Positions 51,312 through 61,660 of a stretch of DNA of 64,000 bases are shown here, piece after piece; the stretch's first letter is position 1, and the number at the start of each line of letters is the position of its first letter. The stretch is taken from the NCBI GenBank assembly GCA_963775425.1, contig CAVZJB010000017.1, positions 288,001-352,000 on the forward strand, given 5' to 3'. Position numbers and translations under genes: made by a program. Origin of the DNA: an uncultured delta proteobacterium (lineage in GTDB: Bacteria; Myxococcota; UBA727; VGSZ01). Below the pieces are notes generated by a model. It ran no database searches and was not told the origin of the DNA. It was given only the letters and a program-made list of their open reading frames with translations.

Positions 51312-53210
51312 TCAGCCCGGCAGCGTCAGGACGAACTTTGATCCGTCGGGGCCCGTCGAGGCAAGCGCGACGTCCCCGCCGTGCGCCCTCGCGATCTGCC
51401 GGCAGAGCGCGAGGCCGAGCCCGGTGCCCCGAGACGGAGCGCGCGCCCCGCGCTCGAACTCGCGGAAAATGCGCTCGCGGTCGGCCTCGGCGACGCCGGG
51501 CCCGTCGTCCTCGACGACGACGCTGGCGCCCGCGGGGCCGCCGGCGACCCGCACGCGCACGCGCTTGTCCGCGCGCGGGTTGTGCTGCCACGCGTTGCGC
51601 ACGAGGTTCGTGACCACGAGCTGGAGCAGCTCGAGGTCGCCGCTGACGTCCACGTCGCCGTCGACGTCCACCGTGACCACCGCGTTCCCGTCGGCGCGCG
51701 CGCGCGTCGCCGCCTCCGCCGCCACCTCCGCCAGCGAGACACGGTCCCGGTGCGGCACCAGGCGGCCCCGCTCGAGCCGCGAGAAGGACAGGATGTTTTC
51801 AACGAGGAAGTCGAGGCCGTCGACGTCGCGCTCCAGGCGCGCGAGCTTCTCGCGCGCTTTGTCGTCGCTCGAGCGGGCGAGCATGGACTCGACGAGGAGC
51901 CGCATGGACGCGAGCGGCGTCCGCAGCTCGTGCGAGACCGCCGCCACGAAGCCCGAGCGCAGCTCGTCGTAGCGGCGGCGACGGCGGCGGTCGACGACGA
52001 CCCCGGCGGCGAGCGCGCCCGCCATCGCCGTCATGAGCCCGAGGAGCCCGCCCTTGAGCCGGAAGCGCGCGGCGGCGGACGCGGCGACGGCGTCGAGGCG
52101 CGGGCTCTCGAGCGCGACCGGCACGTCCTCGAGCGCGACGCGCGCTCCCGTCGGGTGGCCGCCGCCCGCGCCCGCCGGTGCGCCGAGGTCGAGCGTGACG
52201 GCGTCGCCGGTGGTGAGCAGCGAGCGCCCGCGCAGGTCGGCCGCGATGTCGCGCGACAGGCGCGCGGCGTCGAGGAGCGCCCCGCGCCCGGCGCCGTCGC
52301 CGGTCGGCTCGAAGTAGAGCGCGCGCCCCCCCGCGACGGCGACGACGCCCGCGCGCGCGTAGGCGACGGCCGCGCCGGCAGCGGGCCGCTCGACCGCGGC
52401 GGTGAGATCGACGGCGGCCAGGACGGCGTCCGCGGGCGCCGCGGGCTCCCGCCAGCGATCGCGAAAGCGCGCGCAGTCGACGCCGGCGTCCCGGCAGAGC
52501 TGCAGGAGCGCCGCGGCGAAGCGCTCGGCGCCGGCGGCCGAGAGCTGGCCCTTGTCGCGCGCGTTCAAGACGTCGACGGCGACGGGGACGATGCGCGCCG
52601 CGCCCACCGCTCTCCCCTCGATGAGGAGCGCGCGCACGAGGGCGGGGTCGGCGTTCCCGCTCTTCACGAGCGCCTTCGCCACCACCAGCGCCGCGGCCCC
52701 GCTGGTCGACGACGTCCAGCGCTCCTGCGCGCGCGCCTCGAGGAACGTCCGCACCGCCCGCTCGAGATCGTCGTCATCGCCCGCGTCGCGCACGGCGAAG
52801 GCGAGCGTTGCCGCGGTGCCCGCGAGGGCGCCGCCCTTCGCCGCCGTCGGCGTGTGCGCCGCGTCGAGGCCGGCATCGAAGAGCGCCTCGGCCGCCGTCG
52901 GCGACGGCGACGGCGCCGCGCGCGGACGGGGCAACACCGGCGCGCCGTCGGCGACGAGCACCAAATCCTCGTCGGGTGCGAGCCGATCGGCCTCGATGGC
53001 CCGCGCGCGCGCCTCGAAGTCGGCGAGCTTGGCGTCGATCCGGCCGCGAAGCTCCGAGCGCGCGGCGTCGACGATCAAGCGCCGCTGGTCCGCCACCGCC
53101 GCCACCGCCGCGTCGCGCTCGTCGACGAACTCCCGCCACAGGGCGAGGTCCGCGGCGAAGACGGCGACGAGCACCGCAGCGACGACGGCGGGGACGAGCC
53201 AGCGCTTCAC
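51312..53210 (-). CDS. Sensor histidine kinase
   Basis: GTG 53210 overlaps the vWA stop; 2 TM segments; SHELRTPL, NLVRNA, DDGPG and GTGLGL. Confidence 0.92.
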   Translation of the reverse strand: MKRWLVPAVVAAVLVAVFAADLALWREFVDERDAAVAAVADQRRLIVDAARSELRGRIDAKLADFEARARAIEADRLAPDEDLVLVADGAPVLPRPRAAPSPSPTAAEALFDAGLDAAHTPTAAKGGALAGTAATLAFAVRDAGDDDDLERAVRTFLEARAQERWTSSTSGAAALVVAKALVKSGNADPALVRALLIEGRAVGAARIVPVAVDVLNARDKGQLSAAGAERFAAALLQLCRDAGVDCARFRDRWREPAAPADAVLAAVDLTAAVERPAAGAAVAYARAGVVAVAGGRALYFEPTGDGAGRGALLDAARLSRDIAADLRGRSLLTTGDAVTLDLGAPAGAGGGHPTGARVALEDVPVALESPRLDAVAASAAARFRLKGGLLGLMTAMAGALAAGVVVDRRRRRRYDELRSGFVAAVSHELRTPLASMRLLVESMLARSSDDKAREKLARLERDVDGLDFLVENILSFSRLERGRLVPHRDRVSLAEVAAEAATRARADGNAVVTVDVDGDVDVSGDLELLQLVVTNLVRNAWQHNPRADKRVRVRVAGGPAGASVVVEDDGPGVAEADRERIFREFERGARAPSRGTGLGLALCRQIARAHGGDVALASTGPDGSKFVLTLPG

Positions 53211-54964
53211 GGGCGCTTCAAGACCGGCAGCGAGTCGAAGTCCATGGTGGCCACGGGCTGCTCGCCCTCGTACCGATCGCCGCGCCTGTCGAGCGCGCGC
53301 GCCTTGTCGATGAGCGAGCCGAGCTCGGCGACGTCGGGCCGCGCGCGCAGGTCGGCGGGGAGCGTGTTCCAGAGCGCCTTGACGTCGTCGTACGACAGCG
53401 TGCGCGCCCAATACGACAGCCGCAGCTTCTCGGCGAACGACGAGCTCACCAGCGCCAGCCGCGACATCGGCGACGCCGCCCTGATGCTCTTTCGCACCAG
53501 CCGCGTGGTCAGCTCGTTTTCGATGAGCTTCGACACGTCGCTGCCGGGCGCCTTCGCGCGGATGCGCAGCCAGCCGAAGCGGTCGGCGCCCGGCTTGAGC
53601 TTCACCTCGTACAGCGCCGTGACCTCGTGGCCGGCGCCGATCTCACCCGCGTCGACCTTGTCGTCGGCGAAGTCGCGCTTTCGCAGCTTGCGGTTCTCGA
53701 AGCCGATGAGGCGGTAGCGCTCGACGGAATTCTTGTCGAGCTCCACCTGGATCTTGACGTCCTTGGCGATGTTCACGAGCTCACCGCCGAGGTTCTCGAC
53801 GAAGATCTTCTTCGCCTCCGCGAGCCGGTCGACGTAGGCGTACCTGCCCTGCCCCTTCACCGCGAGCTTCTCCATGAGCACGTCGTTGTAGTTGCCCATC
53901 CCGAAGCCCACGGTGGACAGCTCCACGCCGCGCTGCGCCTCCTTGCTCACCGTGGCGAAGATGCCGTCCGCGTCGACGACGCCGTTGTTGGCGACGCCGT
54001 CGCTGCACACCACCAGGCGGCTCACCACGCCCTTTTCGTGCGGCCGCGCGTGGAGCCCGCGCTGGGCCACCTCGTAGCCGAGCAGGATGCCCGCCTGCGC
54101 GTTGGTGGAGCCCTCGGGGTGCAGGCGCCGCAGCGCCTCCTTGATGCGCCCCTTCTCGGCGCCGCTCGCCGGCTCGAGGGCCACGCGCGCGAAGTCACCA
54201 TAGGTGACGATGGAGACGGTGTCGTCCTCTCGCAGCTTGTCGACGAGGACCCCGAGCGCGCCCTTCACGAGCTCGAGGCGGCTGCCCATGTCCATCGAGC
54301 CGGAGACGTCGACGACGAACACCAGGTTCGCCGGCGGGCGGTCCTTGTCCGGCACGACGCGGCCGCGCAGGCCGAGGAGGAGCACGTGATAGCCCTTGCG
54401 GTTCGGCGACGGGAACGCCTCGGCGACGACGGAGAAAGGCGCCCCCGCCTCGGCGGTGGGCGGCGGGTAGTCGTAGCGGAACGAGTTGACGAATTCCTCG
54501 ACGCGCACCGCCGCCGGGTCGGGCAACCGGCCTTCGCTCAGCATGGCGCGCGCAATGGAGTAGCTGGCGGTGTCGACGTCGACCGAGAACGTGGAGAACG
54601 GCTCCTCGGCGGTGTCGACCGTGGGGTTCACGCCGTAGTGCTGAAAGATCGAGTCCACCGGCGCCTCGCCGCCGACGACGCGCAGCTCGCCGAAGTCGCC
54701 GTTGTCGTTCGACTTGACGGACGCGCCGTCGGGTTTCACGAGGTCACCGTCGATGTTCTTGTCCTCGAACCGGTGGTCCGCGGTCGCCTGCATGTCGGCG
54801 GACGGCGCGGCGGACGGCATCTCTTCGGCCGGCGAGGGCGCCGCGTCCGCCGCCGGCGCATCGGAGTCGCGCGAGGCTTTGCGCGCGGAGGCGCACGCGG
54901 CGACGACGCCGAGGCCGGCGAGGGCCGCGACCACGAGGACGGCGCGGGTGCTCGAGCGACGCAT
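53207..54964 (-). CDS. vWA domain lipoprotein (YfbK-like, DUF3520-type C-terminus)
   Basis: STFSVDVDTASY, VRVEEFVN.F.Y, DVSGSM MIDAS, IAKDVKIQV and YRLIGFENR...DF.DDKVDAGEIGAGH.VTALYE. Confidence 0.93.
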   Translation of the reverse strand: MRRSSTRAVLVVAALAGLGVVAACASARKASRDSDAPAADAAPSPAEEMPSAAPSADMQATADHRFEDKNIDGDLVKPDGASVKSNDNGDFGELRVVGGEAPVDSIFQHYGVNPTVDTAEEPFSTFSVDVDTASYSIARAMLSEGRLPDPAAVRVEEFVNSFRYDYPPPTAEAGAPFSVVAEAFPSPNRKGYHVLLLGLRGRVVPDKDRPPANLVFVVDVSGSMDMGSRLELVKGALGVLVDKLREDDTVSIVTYGDFARVALEPASGAEKGRIKEALRRLHPEGSTNAQAGILLGYEVAQRGLHARPHEKGVVSRLVVCSDGVANNGVVDADGIFATVSKEAQRGVELSTVGFGMGNYNDVLMEKLAVKGQGRYAYVDRLAEAKKIFVENLGGELVNIAKDVKIQVELDKNSVERYRLIGFENRKLRKRDFADDKVDAGEIGAGHEVTALYEVKLKPGADRFGWLRIRAKAPGSDVSKLIENELTTRLVRKSIRAASPMSRLALVSSSFAEKLRLSYWARTLSYDDVKALWNTLPADLRARPDVAELGSLIDKARALDRRGDRYEGEQPVATMDFDSLPVLKRP

Positions 54965-55803
54965 CAGTGCACCAGCGCGACGGCGCGACCGTCGTCCTCG
55001 CCGCCGTGGCTGCCGACGGCGGCGGACGCGAGGGCCGCGGGGCGCGCCGCGGCGAGCTTGTTCATCTGGTCGACGACGTCCTGGCCGATCTTCTTGGTGG
55101 CGGCGGCGAGGAGCTTCTCCTTGAGCTCGCGCTGCTTGCGCTCGGTGTCCAGCACGTTGTCCTCCTTCTTGTCCTTCACGCGCTCGAAGGTGGTGAACAG
55201 GATGGTGCCGCTCTTCACGTCGAAGAGCGTGGCCTCGAGCACCCCTTCGGACTCGAGGACGTTGGCGGGCAGGATCATCTCACCGACGCCCGTCGCCCAC
55301 GACCACGCCCAGCCGCTCGCGTAGACGCGGTCGACGAAGCGGTGGCGGTACAGGAGGAGATAGTCGCAGCGGTAGCGCGCCGCGAGCTCGCGCAGCCCGG
55401 CGATGGAGCCGGTGGCGGGGAAGTCGGTGGACACCTCGCTGACCAGCTCGAACAGCCCCGTGTCGTCGAGTGTCTTGGCGAGCGCGCCGGGCACGCTCAC
55501 CGTCGGGATGTCTTCGTCGGCGCCGTAGCCGTCGCTCACCGGGACCACGCCGAGGCGCGACTTCTCCTCGAGGAAGACCGGCGCCGCCAGGATCTTCTTG
55601 AGGTCGTCCTCGCTGAGCGCGCCCATGGCGTCGCGCGTGAAGTGGTTGTCGACGAGCAGCTCGGGCGCCTTGGGCGCCGCCGCGGTGGTGTCGGTGGCGG
55701 GGGCGAACAGCCGCGGCATCTGCACCGCCTTTTGCGCGGCGGCGCACCCCGCGAGGGCGGCGGCGAGGGGCAGCAGGGCGAGCGCGTTCTTGATGGGTGT
55801 CAT
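54964..55803 (-). CDS. Hypothetical lipoprotein
   Basis: Lipobox LAGC; stop overlaps the vWA start (TGATG). Confidence 0.8.
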   Translation of the reverse strand: MTPIKNALALLPLAAALAGCAAAQKAVQMPRLFAPATDTTAAAPKAPELLVDNHFTRDAMGALSEDDLKKILAAPVFLEEKSRLGVVPVSDGYGADEDIPTVSVPGALAKTLDDTGLFELVSEVSTDFPATGSIAGLRELAARYRCDYLLLYRHRFVDRVYASGWAWSWATGVGEMILPANVLESEGVLEATLFDVKSGTILFTTFERVKDKKEDNVLDTERKQRELKEKLLAAATKKIGQDVVDQMNKLAAARPAALASAAVGSHGGEDDGRAVALVH

Positions 55804-55861
55804 GTCGGTCCTCCAGTGTCCCCACTGTCGCCGCCGCGCGTCGAGCCCGGGCCACCGGGCC

Positions 55862-55888
55862 GTCAGCGGATGTTCACGGTTTCGTCAC
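55862..55888. promoter_or_regulatory. Putative OmpR/PhoB-type binding box
   Basis: GTCA (55862), TTCA (55873) and GTCA (55884) at exact 11-bp spacing in the divergent intergenic region. Confidence 0.5.
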
Positions 55889-55961
55889 GAGCGGTGCGCT
55901 CCGTCACGGGCTCGCCCGGGCGAGGGCCGCGCGCTACCGTCGTCGGCCGCGGAGGTCTTAC

Positions 55962-56906
55962 TTGCGACATCTCGCCGTCCTCATCTTGCTCGCTGCACCC
56001 GCCGCCGCCGCGGCCCCCCAAATTGCGCTGCCCACGCTGACGCCGCCCGTCGACTTCGCCAAGGTCGCGGCCGGACCGCCGCTCGCGGCGGGCGCGCTCG
56101 CCGCCGTCCCATGCAAGACGATCCCCGGGGCCACGTACCGCGCCGTCGGCCGCGTCGCCGTTCCCCCGGAGCGAGGGGTCGATCTGGTCGTCTTCGAGGA
56201 GCAGACGCAGTCGCTCACGCGCCGCCGGCTGATGATCGTGAGCACGGAGCACGGGGGCTGCGCCGGTGAGATCGACGTCCTCCGCCGCGGGCATGGCGAC
56301 GATCTCTCGGCGACATTCACCAAGCACGCCAACATCAAGCGAATCGTCACGAACGCCGAGGGCAAGCTGCAGGAGGTGCGCAGCTTCGACAACGACGGCA
56401 ACACGCCGCTCATCGACGGCCTCGAGACCTTCAACGCGGCTTCCTTCAAGAAGACCGACAAGGCCTGGATGAAGTCGTACCTGCGCGAGCTGTTCGGCGA
56501 CGGCAAGCGCGGCGTCGCGCTCGACGGTGTCACGCGCGAGAAGGGGCATTGGCGTCACGGGGGCTGCGACACCATCGGGTGGGTGACGCTGTACCTGGCG
56601 CCCGAGGCGGGGAACACCTTGCACGCGGGCCACGACGCGCTCTTCCCCGCCGTCGAGACGTCGTATGAGGACACCTTCGAGGCGGAGGTGACCGCGCTCG
56701 ACGTCGCGGACCACGGACGAACGTTGCGCTTCTCCCAAAAGCCGTTCCCCGGCGACACCGGCGTCACCACGCCGCTCACCGCCACGCACGATCCGGGGCT
56801 GCAACTGTGGCTCTTCAACTTCGGCTCCGCGCACCGCATGCCCGCGCGCGCCGCCGCCGTGCTCCCCAAGTCGGCGGCGGTCTGCGAGAGCGAAGAGGGA
56901 CCCTAG
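55962..56906 (+). CDS. Hypothetical secreted protein
   Basis: GGAGG RBS at 55951 and TTG start 55962 give the signal peptide MRHLAVLILLAAPAAAA. Confidence 0.7.
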   Translation: MRHLAVLILLAAPAAAAAPQIALPTLTPPVDFAKVAAGPPLAAGALAAVPCKTIPGATYRAVGRVAVPPERGVDLVVFEEQTQSLTRRRLMIVSTEHGGCAGEIDVLRRGHGDDLSATFTKHANIKRIVTNAEGKLQEVRSFDNDGNTPLIDGLETFNAASFKKTDKAWMKSYLRELFGDGKRGVALDGVTREKGHWRHGGCDTIGWVTLYLAPEAGNTLHAGHDALFPAVETSYEDTFEAEVTALDVADHGRTLRFSQKPFPGDTGVTTPLTATHDPGLQLWLFNFGSAHRMPARAAAVLPKSAAVCESEEGP

Positions 56907-58292
56907 TCACCGATCGAAGCGGTCGAGCAGCACCGCGACGGTCATGTCGCCGATGACGTTGGTGGCCGCGCGGCAGCGGCCGATGATCCAGTCCACCGGC
57001 AGGATCAACGGGATGACGATGCCGACGACGGGCGCGGGCAGCCCCGCCGCCGTCAGCACCAACGGGAGCGTGATGAGCCCCGCCTCGGGGATGCCGCCGA
57101 TGCCGACGCCGGCGAGCACCGACGAGATGGCCACGGCCACCTGCTGCCCGACGGTGAGGTCGTAGCCGAACGCCTTGGCGACGAAGAGCGTGGCGCACGC
57201 TTCGTACAGGATGATGCCGTCATGGTTGAGGTTGGTGCCCACGCACGCCGCCAGGCGCGCCGACGCCGGCGGGATCTTCAGGTTGTCGTTCAAGCACCGC
57301 AGCGTGATGGGGAGCGTCGCCAGGCTGCTGCCCGCGGAGAGCGCGGTGACGATGGCGTCGGCGGCGCCGGCGAAGAACTTCAACGGCGAGCGACGCGCGA
57401 CGACGGCGAGGAGGAAGCTGTAATAGACGACCGCCTGAATGGCGAGCCCGAGCACCATGGTGCCGAGGAACGGCAACAGCCCGAGCAACACCTGCCAGCC
57501 CGCCTTGCCCACGACGGCGGCGGCGACGCCGAGGACGGCGAACGGGACGAGCTGCACCAGCCACGCGAGCAATTGGCTGAACATCGCGAGCGCGGCGTGG
57601 ACGAAGTCCTCGATGAGCTGGACGCCGCGCCGCGCCTGCTCGGTGCCACGCGCGCGCACGGCGCGCAGCGCGACGCCGAACAGCAGCGCGAGGAGAACGA
57701 TGGAGACCACCGCGTTTTTCTGGAACGGATCGACGAGGTTCTTGGGCACGTAGCCCATCACGTTCTGCAGCGGGTCGAGCGTGTGCTCCCTGGCCTTCTT
57801 CACCACCTCCTCGGCGTGCCCGCCGTCGGGGGCCGCCATGGCGGCCTTGGGCACCGGCGCGCTCGCCGTCGGCGGCGCGCTCGCTGCGGCCGGGTCGGCG
57901 GCGGCGTGCTCGTGGACGAGCGCAGAGGCCCCCTCGAACGCGCCCTCGCCGCTGTTGAGCGCGTGGGCGAGGCCGAGGCCGACGAAGGTGGCGACGGCGG
58001 CGTTGACGATGCTGATGCCGAGGAGCTGGGCGCCCTTCTTGCCGGGGATGTTGGTGCGCAGCAGCGCGTCGAGGATGGCGACGAGGATGAGCGGCGCCGC
58101 CAGCGTCTTCAACATGCGGATGACGAGCATGCCGAGGTCGCCGAGCGTCCCCGTGCCCTTGGTGCCGAACGCGATGCCGAGCGCCACGCCGATGCCGACG
58201 CCGATCAAGACGCGCGCCGCGAGCGGCAGCCGGGGGCGCCGGGCGGGCGCGGTGGGCGGGGACGCCGGAGCGGTGGACGCGTCGTCGCTCAT
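56907..58292 (-). CDS. Dicarboxylate/amino acid:cation symporter (DAACS)
   Basis: IRMLK...PL, VPKN.V.PF, SAGSSLATLP, GTNLNHDG, GIGGIP and VDWIIGRCR...NV.GD. Confidence 0.93.
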   Translation of the reverse strand: MSDDASTAPASPPTAPARRPRLPLAARVLIGVGIGVALGIAFGTKGTGTLGDLGMLVIRMLKTLAAPLILVAILDALLRTNIPGKKGAQLLGISIVNAAVATFVGLGLAHALNSGEGAFEGASALVHEHAAADPAAASAPPTASAPVPKAAMAAPDGGHAEEVVKKAREHTLDPLQNVMGYVPKNLVDPFQKNAVVSIVLLALLFGVALRAVRARGTEQARRGVQLIEDFVHAALAMFSQLLAWLVQLVPFAVLGVAAAVVGKAGWQVLLGLLPFLGTMVLGLAIQAVVYYSFLLAVVARRSPLKFFAGAADAIVTALSAGSSLATLPITLRCLNDNLKIPPASARLAACVGTNLNHDGIILYEACATLFVAKAFGYDLTVGQQVAVAISSVLAGVGIGGIPEAGLITLPLVLTAAGLPAPVVGIVIPLILPVDWIIGRCRAATNVIGDMTVAVLLDRFDR

Positions 58293-58350
58293 CGGGGTCA
58301 TCGTAAAGCATCCGCCCCGCGCGCGCGTCACCGGCCGCGCCGGCGAGCGG

Positions 58351-59418
58351 TCAAGCCGCGAGCGAGACGACGCCGCGGCGCAACAGATCCTGCACGATGC
58401 GGTCGATGACGACGACCTCGTGATCGTCGCCGGCGATCAGCTCGCGCGGCGACGCGCCGGCGGCGAGCGCGTTGGCGACGTCGACGGCGACCCCCGACGA
58501 GCGCCGCGCCCACGTGGACATGCGCCGCTCGTCGAACGCGAGCCTGCCGGCGAGCGACAGCAAGTGCTCGCGCATCCGCGCCCGCCTCGCGTTCAGCTCG
58601 TCACACAGCTCGGCGGCCAGCTCGCCCCACGACACGCCGGGCGAGCAGCCCTCCGGCGCCGACAGCGGCGACGATCCGTCGTCGACGGCGGCGCCGGCGG
58701 GGTCGGTGGGGTCGGCGATCGTCTCGTCGCCCTCGACCACGTCGAAGGAGAAGGGCGCCTCGCGCACCTCGAGCAGCGACAGCAACGCCTCGCGATCCTC
58801 GAGCGCTCCGCCGAGGGACCGCGCGGACGCGCGGGCGATGACGCCGTCGTCGAAGACCACGCTCCACGACGAGGTCGCGTCGTCCACGGTGAGCACCCCG
58901 CACACGCCGGCATCGCACGCGGCATGGAGCAGCGGCTGCACGCCGACATCGGACAGCGGGCCCCACACGCCGACCGGCAGCGCCGCGAGGATGCCGAAGC
59001 GACGCGCGAGCACGGCGTCGACGGCTTCGATGACGATGGCGCTGCGCCCGCCCTTCAGCAGGAAGCCGTCGGCGTCGACGCCCACGCGCGCGAGCTCGTC
59101 GAGCCCGCCCTGGTCGGCGCTCATCAGGATCAGCTTGGCGTCGGCGGTGCGCGCGTCATCGCGGAGCGCCGCCAAAACGCCCCACCCGTCGACGTCCGGC
59201 ATCATCACGTCGATGAGCACCGCGTCCACGCGTCCTCCACGCGCCGCCGCCAGCGCCCCCGCGCCGTCCCCGGCGGCGTGTACGACGTAGCCCACCGACT
59301 CCAGGCGTTGGCGGTAGAGCCTGCGCAAGGCGGGGTCGTCATCGACGACGAGGACGGTCGCGTGGCGCCGGGTGGGAGGAGGGGAGGCGAGGTCGGCGAG
59401 CGCGGTCTGGTCGGTCAT
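58351..59418 (-). CDS. Response regulator with DUF4388-like domain
   Basis: VVDDD and IDVMMPDVDG; G.LSDV....LL......GVLTV......V.F.DG.I..A. Confidence 0.8.
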   Translation of the reverse strand: MTDQTALADLASPPPTRRHATVLVVDDDPALRRLYRQRLESVGYVVHAAGDGAGALAAARGGRVDAVLIDVMMPDVDGWGVLAALRDDARTADAKLILMSADQGGLDELARVGVDADGFLLKGGRSAIVIEAVDAVLARRFGILAALPVGVWGPLSDVGVQPLLHAACDAGVCGVLTVDDATSSWSVVFDDGVIARASARSLGGALEDREALLSLLEVREAPFSFDVVEGDETIADPTDPAGAAVDDGSSPLSAPEGCSPGVSWGELAAELCDELNARRARMREHLLSLAGRLAFDERRMSTWARRSSGVAVDVANALAAGASPRELIAGDDHEVVVIDRIVQDLLRRGVVSLAA

Positions 59419-59556
59419 GACCCCGCCGTCTGCAAAGCGTGTGCAAGCGCCCCCCGTCGTGGGGGCGCGCCGCGTGCCGGGCACAGCGCCCGGCGCGTGG
59501 TGGCTCGCACCGAGGTCGTGTGCGCTCTCGCGCATGCAGGGCCCACGACGGACCCG

Positions 59557-60765
59557 TCAGCGCGACGCGGATCCGGGCTCGGCAAGGACGGGGCGCGCGC
59601 CGCGCAGGTGGTCGACGCACGAGGACAGCCCGTCGAGGGTCAGCTCGAACATGGGGAACACCCGCCGGATGAGCGAGACCGTCGGCGCGTTCCAGACCCG
59701 CTTGGGCTCGGGGTTCAGCCACGCCGACGCCTTGGGCTTGCCGGCGATGCGCTTGAGCCAGTCGAGGCCCGACACGCGCCCCGTGGTCGACTGCCAGTAG
59801 ATCCCGCCGTTTTCGTGCGTCAGCTCGTACGGCCCCATCCACGCGTCGCCGACGAGCACCACGGTCCACGTGCGGTCGATCTGCTTGAGGACGTCCTCCG
59901 TGCGCGGGCCCGCGTAGCGCGTGATGTCGGTGTAGAGCCGCTCGTAGACGCAGTTGTGGAAGAAGTAGTGCTGAAACGCGGCGAAGTGCGACGCCTGATG
60001 CGCCGCCGAGAAGATGCGCTCGCACACGTCGGCGTAGGGATCCATCGAGCCGCCGACGTCCATCAGCAACAGCAGCTTCACGCGGTTCTTCCTCGGGGGC
60101 CGCATGACGAGCTCGATCTCGCCGGCGTTCTTGGCGGCCTTGTCGACCGTCTCGTCGACGTCGAGCTCCTCCGGCCCCTGCTCACGCGCCAGCCGGCGCA
60201 AGCGGCGCAGGGCGGAGCCGATCTGCCGCGTGTCGAGCACGCGGTCGCCGCGCAGGTTCTCGAAGCGACGCTCCTCGGCGACCTGCACGGCGCTGCGGCC
60301 GCCGCCGGCGCCGACGCCCACGCCCGAGGGGTGCTGCCCGCCGTGGCCGAAGGGCGACGTGCCGCCTGTGCCGACGAAGCGGTCGCCGCCGTCATGGCGC
60401 TCCCGCTGCGTGCGCAGCCGCTCCTCGAAGCGCGTGCGCAACGTGTCGAGGTCCATCCCCTCGAGCGCGCGCCGCTCCTCGTCGGACAAGTCGCGCGGCA
60501 TCACGGGGTCCTCGAGCCACTCGAGCACCGCCGCGTCGACGTCGACGAATTGCTCGTCGACGCCGCCGAAGAAGGCGGCGAAGGCGCGGTCGTAGAGGTC
60601 GTATTGCGCCTCGCGCTTCACCACGAGCGAGCGGCACAGGTGATAGAAGACGGCGAGGCTCGCGCGGTCGTGGCCGCGCGCGAGCGCCGCCGTGACGGCG
60701 AGCCACTCCGTCAGCCCGACCTTCAGGCCCACGCTGCGCAGGTGGAAGAAGAAGCCGGTGAACAT
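59557..60765 (-). CDS. vWA (CoxE-like) partner of MoxR ATPase
   Basis: ERHDGG.R.VGTGGTSPFG, LLMDVGGSM, YFFHNC.Y, VGDA.M.PYEL and WLNP. Confidence 0.92.
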   Translation of the reverse strand: MFTGFFFHLRSVGLKVGLTEWLAVTAALARGHDRASLAVFYHLCRSLVVKREAQYDLYDRAFAAFFGGVDEQFVDVDAAVLEWLEDPVMPRDLSDEERRALEGMDLDTLRTRFEERLRTQRERHDGGDRFVGTGGTSPFGHGGQHPSGVGVGAGGGRSAVQVAEERRFENLRGDRVLDTRQIGSALRRLRRLAREQGPEELDVDETVDKAAKNAGEIELVMRPPRKNRVKLLLLMDVGGSMDPYADVCERIFSAAHQASHFAAFQHYFFHNCVYERLYTDITRYAGPRTEDVLKQIDRTWTVVLVGDAWMGPYELTHENGGIYWQSTTGRVSGLDWLKRIAGKPKASAWLNPEPKRVWNAPTVSLIRRVFPMFELTLDGLSSCVDHLRGARPVLAEPGSASR

Positions 60766-60787
60766 CGTCGCCCCTGTGCCGGCGGCG

Positions 60788-61627
60788 CTACTGCCGCACC
60801 GCGCGCAGCTTGCCGGTGCGCACGTTGATGAGCGCCTCGACGTCGCTCTCCTTCTTCAACAACAGGCCGACGAAGGGCATCTCCTGCTCGAGCCGCTCGA
60901 CCGGGATGCCCGCGCGGCGGAGCGCCGCGATCCAGTCGATGAGCTCCGACGTGGACGGGCGCTTGCGCACGTCGGGCTGCTTGCGCAGCCAGTAGAAGCG
61001 AACGAGCGCCGTACTCAAGAGCTTGTCTTCGACGTCGGGGTGATGCACGTGCACGATGTCGCGCATGAGCTCCTCGTCGGGGAACGCGATCCAGTGAAAC
61101 ACGCATCGCCGCAGGAACGCGTCCGGCAGCTCCTTTTCGTTGTTGGACGTGATGATGACGATGGGGCGCTTGTGCGCCGTGACGGTCTCACCGGTCTCGT
61201 CGACGGTGAAGCTCATGCGATCGAGCTCGTGCAGGAGATCGTTCGGGAACTCCATGTCGGCCTTGTCGATCTCATCGATGAGCAACACCACGCGCTCGGC
61301 GGCGAGGAACGCGCGCCCGACGGGGCCGTACTTGATGTAAAGACGGATGTCGCGCACGTCCCGGTCACCGAAGCGCGCGTCGTTCAATCGCTGGACGGTG
61401 TCATAGACGTAGAGGCCGTCCTTGGCCTTGGACGTCGACTTGACGTTCCACACGAGGAGCTCCGCGCCCAGGCTCTCCGCCACCGCCTCCGCCAGACGCG
61501 TCTTGCCCGTGCCCGGCTCGCCCTTGATGAGGAGGGGCTTTTCGAGGTCGACGGCGACGTTGACGGCGTCGCGCAGATCCTGGGACGCGAGGTACGCGCG
61601 CGTGCCTTCGAAGGTCTTTTGCACCAT
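60788..61627 (-). CDS. MoxR-family AAA+ ATPase
   Basis: GEPGTGKT, GLYVYD...RL.D, LLIDEIDKAD.EFPNDLL and TSNNEKELPDAFLRRC. Confidence 0.95.
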   Translation of the reverse strand: MVQKTFEGTRAYLASQDLRDAVNVAVDLEKPLLIKGEPGTGKTRLAEAVAESLGAELLVWNVKSTSKAKDGLYVYDTVQRLNDARFGDRDVRDIRLYIKYGPVGRAFLAAERVVLLIDEIDKADMEFPNDLLHELDRMSFTVDETGETVTAHKRPIVIITSNNEKELPDAFLRRCVFHWIAFPDEELMRDIVHVHHPDVEDKLLSTALVRFYWLRKQPDVRKRPSTSELIDWIAALRRAGIPVERLEQEMPFVGLLLKKESDVEALINVRTGKLRAVRQ

Positions 61628-61660
61628 GGCCGGGAGCATACCGTCTCGGCCGTGCGTGCC

